62,943 bases of DNA, filler included, from Porpidia crustulata (GCA_964255105.1; 9 parts of 9 records of this genome joined end to end with filler, not necessarily neighbours in it); one strand, 5' to 3'. Positions 44,371-57,717 are shown, counted from the first letter of the whole stretch. Notes: generated from the letters alone by a model not told the origin. Made by a program: numbers and translations.

Positions 44371-46605
44371 CTCTTGTTCCTTCTCAGGTATGCGATTGAG
44401 ATGGAGGGATGTTGTCGACGCAATTGCTCCTCACACACGAAGATCGAGTTGGGAAACGGGGGAGAAAACTGCATTACTTGAACGTTATCTGAGGAGCCAC
44501 GAGGCAAGGGGATTAATCATTGGCCGGCAGCTTCAGGCTATCAGGGTTCATGATGCAGCCAGACAGCTTAGAAGATTGAAGGCCTGTGTCGCAACAGTCT
44601 AAGCAGTGTAAACGGTCTAAACACTGGCACGACTGGATCCGTCTATTCGCCATGTGGGGGATCCTGGCGTGAATCCTCGAGTGAACCAGTGGAATCGTTC
44701 GCAATCGACCAGGGGGAAGAAATGTGGCTCGACGGGCCTCGAATAGTGCGAACTGGCGTAACATCAGGCTTTTCATGTACGTTTGAGAACTAAGTCATAG
44801 ATAGAGTATGGTAGGTTGGTAGACTGCTTGGTGTATCCAAGGGCCTAGATTACTTTGCTCTAGTGCGTGTCGAGTGTGCCTGAGTAATTTATAATGACAA
44901 TTGGTGAATGATAATAAGAACGATAATAAGCATGTGGCATGCAAGCGAGTGAATTGAATGAACGCCAGCGGGGGGCCGGCTGATAAGGTTGGCCATTGCC
45001 GCGGTCTAGACGGTTAGCGAGGCTAATCGACTTTATCGCTGCCGTGTCTTTCGCTGTCGTCAAATCATTATTACTTGCTCCGTGGATCGAATGATGTGAG
45101 TGTGTGGTGCGGGTATTGGCGATGCCGTTGCGGCATCCTCTGTCGTCTTTCCTGCCAGCCTCTTACGGATGTCTGTCTACTCCACAGGTAAGTATATGTT
45201 ACGTATATGCCTATCTGCGCATCAGAATAATGATAATCCCTTATTCGCAATAATCTGGATCGTATGTATTACTAATTCTCCGCTATTGCAATCTCCACAT
45301 CCTATCGCGGTCAGACCATGGCGTTGCCGAACCGAAGTTGAGGCCGCCCAAACTTGGCAAGAACACACGGGGCGGTAGCTTGTCGTGCTTGTCTATCCCC
45401 ACTGCGCGGAAGCTAAGCGTCACTCCCCGCCCTAGACTAACGCCCCATGTCAACGGTGGGGATCATCCCTTCCAATCGTTGACACTTGCATCCCGCGCCT
45501 TTCTCACTATGCAGGAAGAGGATAAGCGTAGAGTCTACTAACCCTTGTCGCACTGCTAGCAATTTCACCAAGCGTGGAAAATTGGTATAATAATGAAAGC
45601 TTATCTGTGCGAACGAAACTCACCAGTCCAACGACACCTTTCCGTGTCCTCTGCTTCGGTGCGCCATTACTCTTGCCCCTGAAACGATCAGCACGTAATC
45701 TGCCGAATCGGTGATTAGTGAATGTTTGCCAAAAAAAAATAAGGTTCAGGTGCTTCAGATTCCCGTGCATCATGCATGCATGGAATTCGACACATAGTAA
45801 TTGCCAAGATCTTGGACTTGGCAGTGACGGCGACAATCAACGATACATCTATTCACTATTCCTCGTGGATAGGTCCCCTCCTTTCCGCTGACGTTAGACG
45901 TATTCGCACTTTTTCGCGGGACGGGTGGAGGAAGAAGAAAGCTTGGCCTTCCTGCACGGCTTGAAGGCGTGAACTCGGGACGATCCTGCCTAAGGCTATC
46001 TAATCACGACAGTCGGAGGAATTTCAATCACTACTACTATGCACGGCCCGTCTTTTTTTCACATTTGAATATCTATGAGGCGGCCCATTCGGACGAAGAA
46101 GATGTGATGATCTGGGAGGCAGAGATAAACCAAAGACACTGTGATATCATTTGCAAGGTTCACGATCCAACCATCTCATATATTTGTTATCACTACCTCG
46201 GCTCCTTCACGATTTATGGCCGTATCCGCTCGTAAATCATTCTATGTATGTCTTGTTAAGACGGATCACACAATCCCACACCGCAATTGGCCAGCCGTAA
46301 GAAATTCGTACCGCTTTCATTCGTTCTTTGCGCCATTCCATGGATTACGGGTACCTGTGTTGATCACAGCGACCAATTTGTGGAAGAATGCCGTCTTCAT
46401 CGACGGCGGAGAGTAAGGCTACCTCTGTCGTCGGACAAGCCTGCCCGCATTACCACGTTTCCACGTTTAAGACGATGAACAGTCGTGGGTGAATGAATTC
46501 AATATCCACAGAAAGCAACAAGCAGACGTGGAGATGTCTCGTACCTGAATTGTTAAAGATTAGTTCTGGTAGCGGGATCCCAGGGTCTAGGGAATCAATT
46601 TTGAG

Positions 46606-46638
46606 TTTGTGAGTGGTTTGTGAGTGGTTTGTGAGTGG
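46606..46638 (+). repeat. Three perfect tandem copies of TTTGTGAGTGG
   Basis: Read directly at 46606, 46617 and 46628. Confidence 0.85.
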
Positions 46639-47505
46639 CCACGGTGGTTTGGTCCAACTGCCGTACTGTACTAGGAAAACGCTAGCAGACCCAAAGAGAA
46701 AACGACCTTTCTGGACCTTGCATTAGCCTCAGGTCAATGTGAATAGCAAGACAAAACCCCTCCAGTAAGTATCCAGTAGCCTGTATTTACCCATGACGGG
46801 ATCACGTACTAATTACAAACTAACGTTCCTTTTTATACTAAGATTGTCACTAAAGTCCCACTTGCCCCTACAATTCCCCCATGGATTGTCGGATTCTGGC
46901 CCGCACGGTGCTAGATTATCATCATAGACCGAATCATCGACATGCTTTCGTCCGGATAAAGACTTTTGGCAGCTACCCTACCAACATTCTCAGGAACGAG
47001 CCGACAGCCCGAAAGCCCCACGGACATTGCGGCATCATTCCGATCCAATCATCAACCGTCAAGCGAGATTCGAGCGTAGGCCTGTATAATCGTGATAGAA
47101 TTTTCCGTCAATCGCCAACGCCTCGACTAGTGGCGCTCCGCCAAGGACAGGCCCAAGCCTCCAACTCCCCCCAGCAATGCTCCGAGGGATTTTCCCCAAT
47201 CCCCAATCCCTCCACCACCACTACTCCTCCTAATCTACCACTCTTCGATCAATCTTTGTGGCATGATAAGCCCAGGAATAGTTATAACGTAGATAGTAGG
47301 AATCATTGTCCCTGTCACCCAATCTCTACCGTCGTCCATTCCCGTAGTTTATAGATATTGTCGTTGTCATGCTCGTCTTACCCACAGGAGAAACCTATCA
47401 GTGATTGTAGTATAGCATCACCTATTATTTTTCTTTCGCTCCCTCTGTTGGTCTCAGCTTCCGTTGTCCCGTACACGTTGGACATTCGGTCGCGCGTCCT
47501 TCATC

Positions 47506-48849
47506 ATGGGTCTTACTTTCGAAGAGAAATTCCCTCGGGAAGTATGGACATTATATGGGTTTGGAATTTTGGTTATTCTGATTCGTCTGTGAGTCTTTGT
47601 TTGAAGCCACGCCGATGCTCTGGAGCCATGTTGCTGATATCTGGCCCTGCAGTGGATCGCGTGCAATCAAGCTCGGCATCACCAAGTTGCAAGCAGATGA
47701 CTATCTGATGATCAATGCCACCTTTTGGTACACGCTGCTGGCGGTCTCCATCAACAAGATGATTGCCGGTGGAGGATCGAATTACATGACGCCCGATGAG
47801 GAAGCGAGCTTGACCCCACAGACCATTAAAGATCGAGTAGAAGGCAGCAAATGGGTGTTTGTGTCGGAGCAGGCCATGATTTTGACCATTTGGAGTCTGA
47901 AGCTCTGCATGCTTTTCATCTACGGACGATTAACGTACGTCACGTCTTCCGAGTCCCCTGGCTTGTCGCTTTACAACTTGCTTGCGCATTATCTGATTGA
48001 GCTGCGCCGCATGTTTGATGTTGCCATCAAACATCGAAAAGTACTGATAGATTCGATTTGACAGGAACGGATTAAAACAAAAGAAATTCATCAACGCTCT
48101 CTTCATCTGGGTTGGACTAAGCTTTCTCGGAACCCAACTTTGCCTCTTTCTCGCATGTCGGCCCTTTCAACAATACTGGGCCGTCCCCGCTTCAGATCGT
48201 AAGTATCCTGTGTAACCTCAATCCAATCCTTCTACAACACAAACGTTCCAGACTAACACCTATCCCCACAGCTCAATGCTCATCCTACCAATACTACGAA
48301 ATCACCGAATGCATCTTCAACACCTCCTCGGACATCATGATACTCATCATCGGCCTGCCCCTCCTCCTCTCCGTCCGCATCCCACTGCAGCAAAAAGGTG
48401 TCCTCCTCGTCGTCTTCGGCATGGGCATCTTCGTCATCGTCGCCGCCGTCATCACCAAAATCTACTGCCTCGTGCCCTCCCTCATCTCCTACGTCTACCT
48501 GAATTGGTACTTCCGCGAAGCCTCCGTCTCCGTCTACGTCACCAATCTACCCGCCCTCTGGACCCTGCTGCGTGATCTCTTCCCCTGCCTGCGCTCCTGG
48601 GGCTTCATCGATCGAAAATCCAGCAACGAGGCCTCGAATATGCGCGCTGCCGACGCCCGCGGTTGGGGGCCCCTCGGCGGCACCCGCACTCCACGCGTTG
48701 GGGAGAAGGAGATGCGCGCGTCCGGCTTTGACATGCAAAACTTCGCCCCCCACGGTGACGTGCGCAGCCAAAGCCAGGAACACATCAATGGTGTCGCGGG
48801 CGGGATGCCGGCACTTTGCATCAAGCAGGACATTAGTTTCGCGGTCTAG
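47506..48849 (+). CDS. PTH11-like (fungal rhodopsin-domain) 7TM protein without CFEM, 4 exons
   Basis: EVWTLYGFG...R / LQADDYLM...GGGSNYM...RVEGSKWVFVSE...IWSLKLCMLFIYGRLT / ACRPFQQYWAVP / QC...FNTSSDIMILIIGLP...FGMGIFVIVAAVITK...WYFREASVSVYVTNLP. GT-AG introns at each junction. Confidence 0.88.
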
Positions 48850-49098
48850 GAGGGCAGTTTAGAGGGAAGTGAGGGGGGGATGGAGGTGCAGGGCGGGGAA
48901 ACGAGATGCACGCACGCTAGCTGAGTAAAGGATTGTGGCTTTTTGAGATTAGAAGGGAGGAGAGAGGGTAANNNNNNNNNNNNNNNNNNNNNNNNNNNNN
49001 NNNNNNNNNNNNNNNTTAATTAATTAANNNNNNNNNNNNNNNNNNNNNNNNNNNNNNNNNNNNNNNNNNNNGACGATCTGCTGGGAGGGGTGTTGTAG

Positions 49099-49464
49099 GA
49101 GAAACAGAGGCAGAAGCAGAAGCTGGTGGGAGATACGGAGGTGGTGGAGGAAATCCAGGCGCCAGAGAAGGTGAGTAATTTTCTGTCCACTGGGTTGGCG
49201 GAGTGTGGCTGAGGTCGCAAGACTGCGTCGTTTGACCAGCAGCCGAGCCAGCGAACGAGCCTTCCTGTTCTCCTTCCGGCACCGCCGGTGCTTGCGCGCC
49301 AGCCCGTCAGCATCGTGGATAGCAGGACCGAGTACTTGACGACGCGATACTTGGTGCAGTGGATGGACGGGCCAAGCACGTGGGAGATGGAGGGGGCATT
49401 TGGAGAGGAGGGGCAGTGGCTGATTGATGCGTATCGGTCCGAAGTCAGCAGGGGGACCCACTGA
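49099..49464 (+). CDS. 3' end of a spliced gene with a C-terminal chromodomain-like module; 5' part cut by the contig start
   Basis: Exon 49099-49170, intron 49171-49221 (GTGAGT..CTGAG..AAG), exon 49222-49464 encoding ...IVDSRTEYLTTRYLVQWMDGPSTWEMEGAFGEEGQWLIDAYRSE. Confidence 0.5.
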
Positions 49465-49954
49465 GGGTGGTGGAAGTCGACTCAAAGTGAAGTGGATATT
49501 GGTTCGTGGCAGCTGGAGTTGATATTTCCCCTTTTTTCTTATTGGACGATGGGGACTAGAATTAGGAGGGAAGGAATAAGCGAGTCATAGTGCAGAAACT
49601 GAACGAGGAATTGATGAAAAGTAGAAGCAAATAGAGGATCAAGATCAGTTGGTCGCAAGAAAAGCAATTTTATAAGTTTTCCAATTAGAAAGAAAAATTC
49701 AATAAGCCACAGAGCAAGCTTGCAGAAGCATTGATGTCAGCGAACCTACGTGACCATTATACAAAGAAGAATCTTTAACAGAGGGACCACCTTGACTATA
49801 CTTTCTCAGTATAAATATCTTCATCTAGGAGCGGTTCAATTGCTACCCTTCATTAAAATACAAACATTCCAAAAGCGAGAGCTTAAAGCCGAAGTTCCCC
49901 AAGAGCATGCGACATCATTTCGGATCCATAGAATTTTCTACTTCGACAGCATTT

Positions 49955-51012
49955 TTAGATAGCCTCAGCCTTGACAAGTACAGGGATCATGGACCCGGTG
50001 ACGATACGGAACGGCCTATGGTCAAGGACTCGGAGAAGCGCCGCGATCGCTAACGCGTGGCTTGTGAAAGAGATGAAGGTGCTCTTGTCATGGCTGAAGA
50101 CGTCATCCAGGAGCCGCTTCAAACGAGCTTCTGCCTCTGGATTTGTTTCGCGATCCTCGGGCGACCATAGCTCATCCTTTTCGATAAACCCATCTTCGAA
50201 CTCGAAGGACGGAACTTGTTCGTGGATGAACGACTTTGAGTTTCGGCGATCGCATGTGTGGACCCCGTTGACCTCTCGGAGTGACTGCATTTTTCAGCAC
50301 GATGAGCACGACATATGATCGAGGAGCCAAAGCAAGGACTCGGAGTAGGACGCCTACCTCCTTTATCACAGCAACGAGGGGCTTGGCAGATGAGTTATGG
50401 AAGCCGGAAAATGTAAGATTGGTGGTTTGCCAAGCTCGCCTGAGGGGGCTAGTATAGTACGACTGAGGCAAAGACATCTTTCGTACTTCGACTTGCATCC
50501 TCCAAGCAGAGTGGGCAGCCTGAGCTTGCTCTACACCGGTCTTCGTGAGCTTAGCATCCACCCAGTCTAGCACTTCGTCGCCTTCTAGCTTCGACCATTT
50601 CGCCTTTGCACGATGAGTATTTAGCGTCTAAAAACATGTGTGGAAAATGAGGAGCGTACATCCCACTCATTTCTCGAGTATTGCCTTTCAGCAACATTGT
50701 GCACACCTTGTCCGTGACGAGCTATGTATAGGACTTTGTACTGTACACTAGGTTGACTCTCATCATTGAGACGCTTCACCTTGTTTTCGAAAAGCTGCCA
50801 TTGCGTCTCCCCACGACCACCGTTAGAGTCTACATCTTGTGTGTATGACAATCCGAAGTTCTCCTTTTCCTACATCCCCATTTAGTAATCAGCATAGCTT
50901 TTGATCGGACAGGATTGCCTACATAATCAAAACCATTGTATTCTTGAGTTTCAACTTCGTCTTGTAGAAAATATCCTGTGACGGTAGAGTATTTGAAAAC
51001 CGTCACCATCAT
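49955..51012 (-). CDS. PMU1: Histidine phosphatase/phosphoglycerate mutase-like protein, PMU1 family, 4 exons
   Basis: FKYSTVTGYFLQD...FDY / NFGL...YKVLYIARHGQGVHNVAE...WD / DAKLT...YTSPLRRA / LREVNGVHTCDRR...ISFTSH. Confidence 0.85.
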
Positions 51013-51745
51013 GAATGTAATTTCGTCGATCTATGAGAGCGATGTAATGCTAGTAAGGCTGATGTACCAGCTGAGTGTAGGCAGCGAGCGTGGGCTATGC
51101 CCGTATATATAAGCTGATTCATGGTCTTGCAAAAGTATTAGCAATATTTTTGAGACAATGAATATGCTTCTTCCGAGATGCGATTGTTGTGAAGTCTTTG
51201 AGACAGACGGAAGAAGTAATAGTGGCGTGAGTGGTTGGCGCTTGAGTGTGTAACATCGATGGATTAGCCGCTTCAGCCAATAAGAGAATTTCATTGATTG
51301 CCTCATATTCACATCTAGATAGAAAGGAAGACGTGATTACAACTTAATAGGGTTACGCCTGCTAGGTTCGATGCCAACATTTCCATATCATATCAGACAA
51401 AAATGCTCCTGGGCATCATTGTGTGTATTCGATAAGACGTAAAACATTGAGACCGTTGCTACAACTTTGGTCACAGTCTTGGGGTTCATCGAACACCGAA
51501 ACACCCAGCTGACCATCCAACATCTGTAGTGATCTAACAAACCAAGAAGTAATATCTATGAACGAGTCTCTATCGTATCACGACTTATATCTACTATCAC
51601 AAACGCTCAAGCAATTCTTTCTTTGGGTATCTCCCAGTCTACCCCAGCGCCATTGTTGAATATGCATCAGGTAGTGTTAAGCCGCCCCTACCATGGAGCG
51701 GATCAATGTTGAAACTATGTCGAATAGAAGAACCACAATATCTAC

Positions 51746-54700
51746 TTAGAAAAGGCCGTCGATTTCTCCCGTCTCAGGGTCGATATCGACATTAAGGTAC
51801 CCAGGGGCAGTCGGCAAGCCAGGTATAGTTTGGATATCAGCGGCCAGGGCGTACCTAGCACTTGTTAGTACAGTAGTCTCTGGTCTTAAAGCAGTGTCAA
51901 CTTACAAATAACCAGCTCCAATGGCCAGTCGAACATCTCGAATAGGCACAGTGAAGCCAGTGGGCGCACCTTTCAGGGCCGGATCGTGACTGAGGGAGTA
52001 CTGCGTCTTCGCTATGCATATAGGGAGGTTGCCGAATCCCTGCTTTTGGTAGGTATCGACCTTCTTCTGCGCTAGTTCGCTGAACTCAACCTTGTCCGCA
52101 CCATACATGAGCTTGCCGATCCTTTCAATTCGATCTTGGACGCTTCCATCGAGGTCATATAGGAGCTTGAAGTCCTTCTCCTTTGAACTCGCAGTAATGA
52201 CTCCATGTGCGAGGTCGACCGCACCTTTACCTCCTTCGGCCCAATGATTAGCCGGGATAGCGTCATCCGCACCGGCTGAAAGTGCTTCTTCTCGGAGAAC
52301 AGCAATCTCCGCTTCGGTATCCGTTTCGAATCTGTTGATGGCTACTACGACCGGTATACCGTACTGCCTCGCGTTTGAGATGTGCTTTTTCAGGTTTATA
52401 CATCCCTTGCGCAGAATTTCCACATTCTCCGTACGGTAAACCTCATGCAGCGCTCCTCCAGGGGTAATTTCCGGTCCACCACCATGTACCTTGAGAGCTC
52501 GAACGGTAGCCACAATTACTACAACATCAGGTACTAGGCCTGAGGAACGGCACTTGATGTTGAAGAATCGCTCGCCACCCATCGTGAAGTCGAAGCCAGC
52601 CTCTGTAATCACAAAGCCCGTCTTCTCGTTGTGGTCCTCGTCAGTTTCCGTTCCAGCCAACTTCAAAGCCAGCTTGTCCGCAAGGACCGAGCTTGCTCCA
52701 ATGCTGATATTTGCAAATGGCCCAGCATGCACAAACACAGGAGTGCCTTCTAGAGTCTGCATCAGATTTGGCTTAATGGCGTCCTTCATAAGTGCGGCGA
52801 GAGCACCTCCAGCACCAATATCATCACAGGTAACAGGATCACCACCTCTTGAGGTAGCAACGACCATCCGCCCAAGTCGCTCCCGCAAATCTCGAAGATC
52901 GCTGCTAAGTGCAAGTATTGCCATACACTCGCTAGCTACAGAAATGTCAAATCCTGTTTCCCTTGTCGTGCCCTTCTCTGTAGGAGCTGTGCCAACAGTT
53001 ATGCCTCTCAAGTGCCTATCATTGACGTCCAACACTCGTCTCCAGGTGATGGTCTGCGGATCAATATCGAGTCTTGCAAATTTATGAATCTCTTCTTCTG
53101 TGAGCTCGTCTGGATTTGTTTTTGTTATTCCGAGCTTCTTCAGACGACGAAACATGATAGGTTGGAAATCCCGCTTCCCTTTCTTTGCTGGAACTAGCCG
53201 CTTATATAGAGGACCGTCCTTCTGGCTCGATTCGTGAAATATTCTGGTCTCAATTGCTGCTGCAAGAAGGTTATTCGCTGCAGTAATTGCGTGGATGTCA
53301 CCAGTCAAATGAAGGTTGAACTCTTCCATGGGAATGACCTGACTGAAACCCCCGCCGGCAGCACCGCCCTTGATCCCAAAGGTTGGGCCTTGGCTTGGCT
53401 GCCGTACGTTCGCAAAGGCTATCCGATTAAGATGTCCAGCCAGTGCTTGGCTGAGACCTACTGTCGTCGTAGATTTACCCTCGCCCAAAGGAGTAGGGGT
53501 GATACCTGCGACTAGGATATAACGGCCATTCTTGCGATGGCCTAACCGTTCTAGTAGCTTCAGGTCCACCTTCGCTTTGGAGACGCCATATGGCTCAAGC
53601 TCGTGAGATGCTATACCAATCTCGTCTGCCACTTGTGTAATGGGTTTTGGACGCTGTGATCTAGAAATTGCAATGTCCGAGGGTACCGGGGTCTGGATTC
53701 TCAGCGGTAGGGAGGTAATATGTCTTGCCTTTTGGCGTTCAAAGTATGTATTTGCAGCATTAATCACATTCTGGAGGAGCATCGCAACGGTCATAGGACC
53801 GACACCTCCTGGTACCGGAGTGATCATCGAAGCAACCTCCACTGCTGACTCGTATTCAACATCACCAACTAATCTCTGTCCGGACTTTTTAGATTCATCT
53901 GGGATATAATTCGTGCCGACATCAATGACCACCGCTCCAGGTTTCAGCCAATGGCCCTTGACAAAACCAGGCTTCCCTATCGCCGCGACGACTACATCGG
54001 CATTTTTCACATATCCTTCTAAGTTTTGTGTTCTTGAATGGCATACAGTGACCGTGGCGTCTACATTTCTCAGAAGTAAACTAACGGGGCTGCCAACAAT
54101 GTCACTGCGTCCTAGTACTACCGCATTCTTCCCCCTTAGTTCTACTCCGCTCTCTTGAAGTAGCACCATGACGCCCTTCGGTGTACATGGTGTGAACAGC
54201 GGGTGTCCTCCTCGTTTCGAGAGCTCTCCTATATTGCTAGCCCCAAATCCGTCTACATCTTTTTCGTCGGCAACAGCCGAGGTAATTGCATGCTCCGATA
54301 TATGCTTCGGAACAGGTAGCTGGACCAGAACGCCATGTATTGTAGGATCATTGTTGAATTGAGTTATGTGCTGAAGGAGTTCAGGCTCGGTGATCGATTC
54401 AGGGTAGTGCACAAGGTTGCAGATAATGTTAGCTTCTTCAGCAGCTTTGAGTTTCATCCGGACATAGGTGCTGGAGTCGGATCTATCCCCCACCTGGACA
54501 ATGATCAAAGATGGTTGGTACCGAGGATTCGTCTTTTGTATTTTCTTGATATCGGCATTGATCTTCTCGCGAATACGTTTGGCAATTGCATTGCCGTCGA
54601 TCTTGATTGCACTCATAACTTGGGGGTTGCTTGAGAATAATCTCCTGCTTGAAGCACGGGATGACGCCCTTTTGAAGTTGTATACGATCGCTGGACTGGT

Positions 54701-54904
54701 CCTATGTTTGTCACTCTGTGATGATTGGGACAGCAGCACAGAATCTCGTAAGATAGAAGAGAAACTGATAGATTTGGCGGATGGCTGGAGGTGAGCTACA
54801 GTAGTATCCAAGTGGGGTGATATACGGCGGATAGACCGGGATAGAGCACAAGCTGGGTTGCTGATGCAATTCAAAAAAGATCTAGCAGACCTGCATATTA
54901 GCAT
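51746..54904 (-). CDS. ADE3: Trifunctional C1-tetrahydrofolate synthase (ADE3/MIS1 orthologue), 2 exons
   Basis: Dehydrogenase/cyclohydrolase (YVRMK, EKDVDGF, PCTP, GRSDIVG, TPVPGGVGPMT) fused to formyl-THF synthetase (ITPTPLGEGKSTT, GGAAGGG, HAGPFANI, CIAKTQYSLS). Last exon YALAADIQTIPGLPTAP...IDGLF*. Confidence 0.96.
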
Positions 54905-55160
54905 TATAGCTTCCTGCTAAACTCAATCGACGCCGCACCGCCAAAGTAAAGTACAAGACCTATGATCAAATCCCTATTCGTTCCCCTATCTAAGACAAAA
55001 AATATCAATAAAAATTCCCACCCGAAGTGTGATAGCGGGGCATTTTGTGGGGGACAGGGATTAGCGATATAAAACTTTTGACATGCGGAAGCGAGGCGAG
55101 CTGGAGAGACATATAAGACTCAAAGACCTTGAGATTTTTCAATTAAATATCCACACCATC

Positions 55161-55916
55161 ATGAGGCCCATATTACTGCAAGGTCATGTAAGTCTTACAG
55201 CATGGTACTCTGAACATGAGAAATTTACTAATACGTGTCCACTAGGAGCGATCTTTGACTCAAATAAAGTCAGCACGTCCCTTCCACCTACAAACGCCGT
55301 CACTAATCACCCACCTAGATACACAAGGGACGGGGATATATTATTTTCAACAGCCAAAGATCAAATTATCTGTGCTTGGTTCTCGGCAAATGGTGAAAGA
55401 TTAGGAACATACCATGGCCATCAAGGAGCGCTGTGGACCGTAGATGTAGACCCTTCTACCACCCTCCTTGCTACTGGGGCCGCGGACAATACAGTCCGGT
55501 TATGGGACATTAGGACAGGAAAAAGCGTGAAAGTTTGGGATTTCAATACTGCCGTAAAGCGAGTGGAATTTTCAGAAGACGGGACCCAGCTACTGGCGGT
55601 AACGGAAAAACGAATGGGTTTCCTTGGGACCATTGTCGTTTTTCCTATAGTAGTCGACGTTAACGCTGAGCAAAGTGACGAGAAGACAATGACTATCACG
55701 TGCGAAGAGAGTAAAGCAACTGTAGCAGGTTGGAGTTACCTTGGAAAATACATTATTGCTGGACATGAAGACGGCCGGGTATCCCAATACGACGGCAAAA
55801 CCGGCGAGCTGCTCGACAGCATCGAAGCCCACGACGATGGTATGCAAGTCACAGACCTGCAATGGTCACCTGACCGAACCTACTTCATCACCGCATCAAA
55901 GGACAAAACCGCAAAG
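55161..55916 (+). CDS. TIF34: Translation initiation factor eIF3 subunit I (WD40); truncated by the contig end
   Basis: MRPILLQGH / ERSLTQIK / [10 protein letters not shown]...[16 protein letters not shown]...[13 protein letters not shown], followed by a GTAC intron start and then the spacer. Confidence 0.94.
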
Positions 55917-56754
55917 GTACATCTCCACAAACCTCCCCGCAAACCCATCCCCTCCCCTTCNNNNNNNNNNNNNNNNNNNNNNNNNNNNNNNNNNNNNNNN
56001 NNNNTTAATTAATTAANNNNNNNNNNNNNNNNNNNNNNNNNNNNNNNNNNNNNNNNNNNNCCCCACATCCACTCGAACCCCCCACACCTCATCCGTCCCA
56101 TCCATCCCATCTCACCCGCAACCCACATCCCTCCTACAAGTATTCAAACTATTCCTTTCCGCTTTCATCTCCCGTCTCGTCTTTTCCTCTGCTTGTATCT
56201 CATTTCAAATCCCATCTCATCATTCTTATTTTATTTCATCATTTCAGCATTCTCAATCTTTTTCCTGAAAAAAAATGGTTTAATCTTCATCTTCATTCTC
56301 GTTTTCAATTCATTTAATTCAATCATTTACATCTCGTCTCGTTTCGTTTCACTTCATTTCACTCTCGTTGTTTCTTCTCATCCTCATCCAATTTAACGAA
56401 CTTCTCTCTCATCTCCGTCCCACTCCATCTCCTTCATCCCATCTCCGCCCCCATTCTGATCGCCGGAAAACCCTCACGAAAACCCCTCCTATCATGATCG
56501 CGGATTTGGTCTTTCCGCTCTCGATCTTCTCGGTCTGGAAATTTGGAAGAAGGGTGATGTATCTCACTCGGTTCGTACGGGCCATATCCGAGCCGCTGCT
56601 GTTCAGATCTGGAGTAAACGCAGTTTTCTGGAGTAACTCGGGATACTGTGATTGGATGGGAGGGTTGCGTTGCTCTCTTCGGTTCAGTACGAATCGCTTG
56701 TTCGTTCAATCCCTGGCTCGATTTCCGAATTACTCTTCGACTCACTGTCTAAAA

Positions 56755-57717
56755 TTATTCTCCTTTTACTCCTCCTCTTTGCCTGCGAAATCCAGAATCG
56801 AACCACGCATGAGCTGTTGCCTCCCGAGTTGCCGCTCTTCGAGCCGCCTCTTCGCGCTTCGCTACAAATTCCAGATTCATCTTTTCCTGCGGCCGATACG
56901 TCCAAGTCACATGATTTTGCTTCCCTTCGCGCTTCTCCGGCTCCGCGGGATCTGCGCGAAGCGCAAACATGTCGCTGACTCGGTCCGGCATCTCCCATCC
57001 GAGATCGTCGAACTCGTCCCCGCACAGTTCCTTCGGGGTGTGGGTCCACTTGATGTGCGGCGCGAGGGTCAGAACAGTCGGTTTCTGGCGGTCGTCGGAG
57101 ATATTCGGGTCTTCATCGCGGTATTGTTCGATGATTATTGTCAGCCTCTGTAATGCGGGTTGCTTGACTATGCATTCTAGTGCGCGTAATGTCGGCTGTC
57201 CTTGCGAATTTGAGTTATTCAGGCCCATGTTCCATATTACGTTCTTGAGTGGGGGGTCGAGGTCATCATGCGCAGCAAGAGTCAATGTCCGTAATGAGAG
57301 ACATTTTTGAGCCACTTGATGAAGGTAGACTTCAATCGCGAACGAGGGTCCCCAATCCCAACTTTGTGCCATCTCAGTGTGCATGCTGATATGTTGCATG
57401 TGAGGTAAATGGGCCAAAGATTCCGCGTATTCCGGATTGGATAAGTCAGGTTGGAGTTGAGACTCATTATAGTCGGAGCGGGTGAAGTTAAATATGTTCC
57501 GCGCGTAGAAACGAAGAACAGTAGCACTGTAGACGGCTTTGCTGGCTAGGAGAGAAGACACGTTCCAAATCTTATTCGTTAAAGCAATTGGCCAATGAAT
57601 TCTGCCTTCTCCATAGACCGGACAGAGCGGATTCTGTGTCACTAGCACCAGATCCCATATCATGTCCTGGACCTCTTGTGGCAACTTCAGGAACATGTTT
57701 TGATTGCTTGAAGCCAT
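56755..57717 (-). CDS. Hypothetical protein with an F-box-like N-terminal motif (DUF7730/2EXR-like fungal family)
   Basis: 320-aa ORF. FLKLPQEVQDMIWDLVLV, SLLASKAVY...FYARNIFNF, CLSLRTLTL. Confidence 0.65.
   Translation of the reverse strand: MASSNQNMFLKLPQEVQDMIWDLVLVTQNPLCPVYGEGRIHWPIALTNKIWNVSSLLASKAVYSATVLRFYARNIFNFTRSDYNESQLQPDLSNPEYAESLAHLPHMQHISMHTEMAQSWDWGPSFAIEVYLHQVAQKCLSLRTLTLAAHDDLDPPLKNVIWNMGLNNSNSQGQPTLRALECIVKQPALQRLTIIIEQYRDEDPNISDDRQKPTVLTLAPHIKWTHTPKELCGDEFDDLGWEMPDRVSDMFALRADPAEPEKREGKQNHVTWTYRPQEKMNLEFVAKREEAARRAATREATAHAWFDSGFRRQRGGVKGE

Noticed and set aside
51340..51385. tRNA suggested by GGTTCGATGCC
   Set aside because: No 5-bp T stem, and no D arm or acceptor stem could be formed.
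52491..54794. Many antisense ORFs over ADE3 (likewise over MET10, TUL1 and the permease)
   Set aside because: These are shadow frames of well-supported genes, mostly with GTG/TTG starts and no recognisable motifs.
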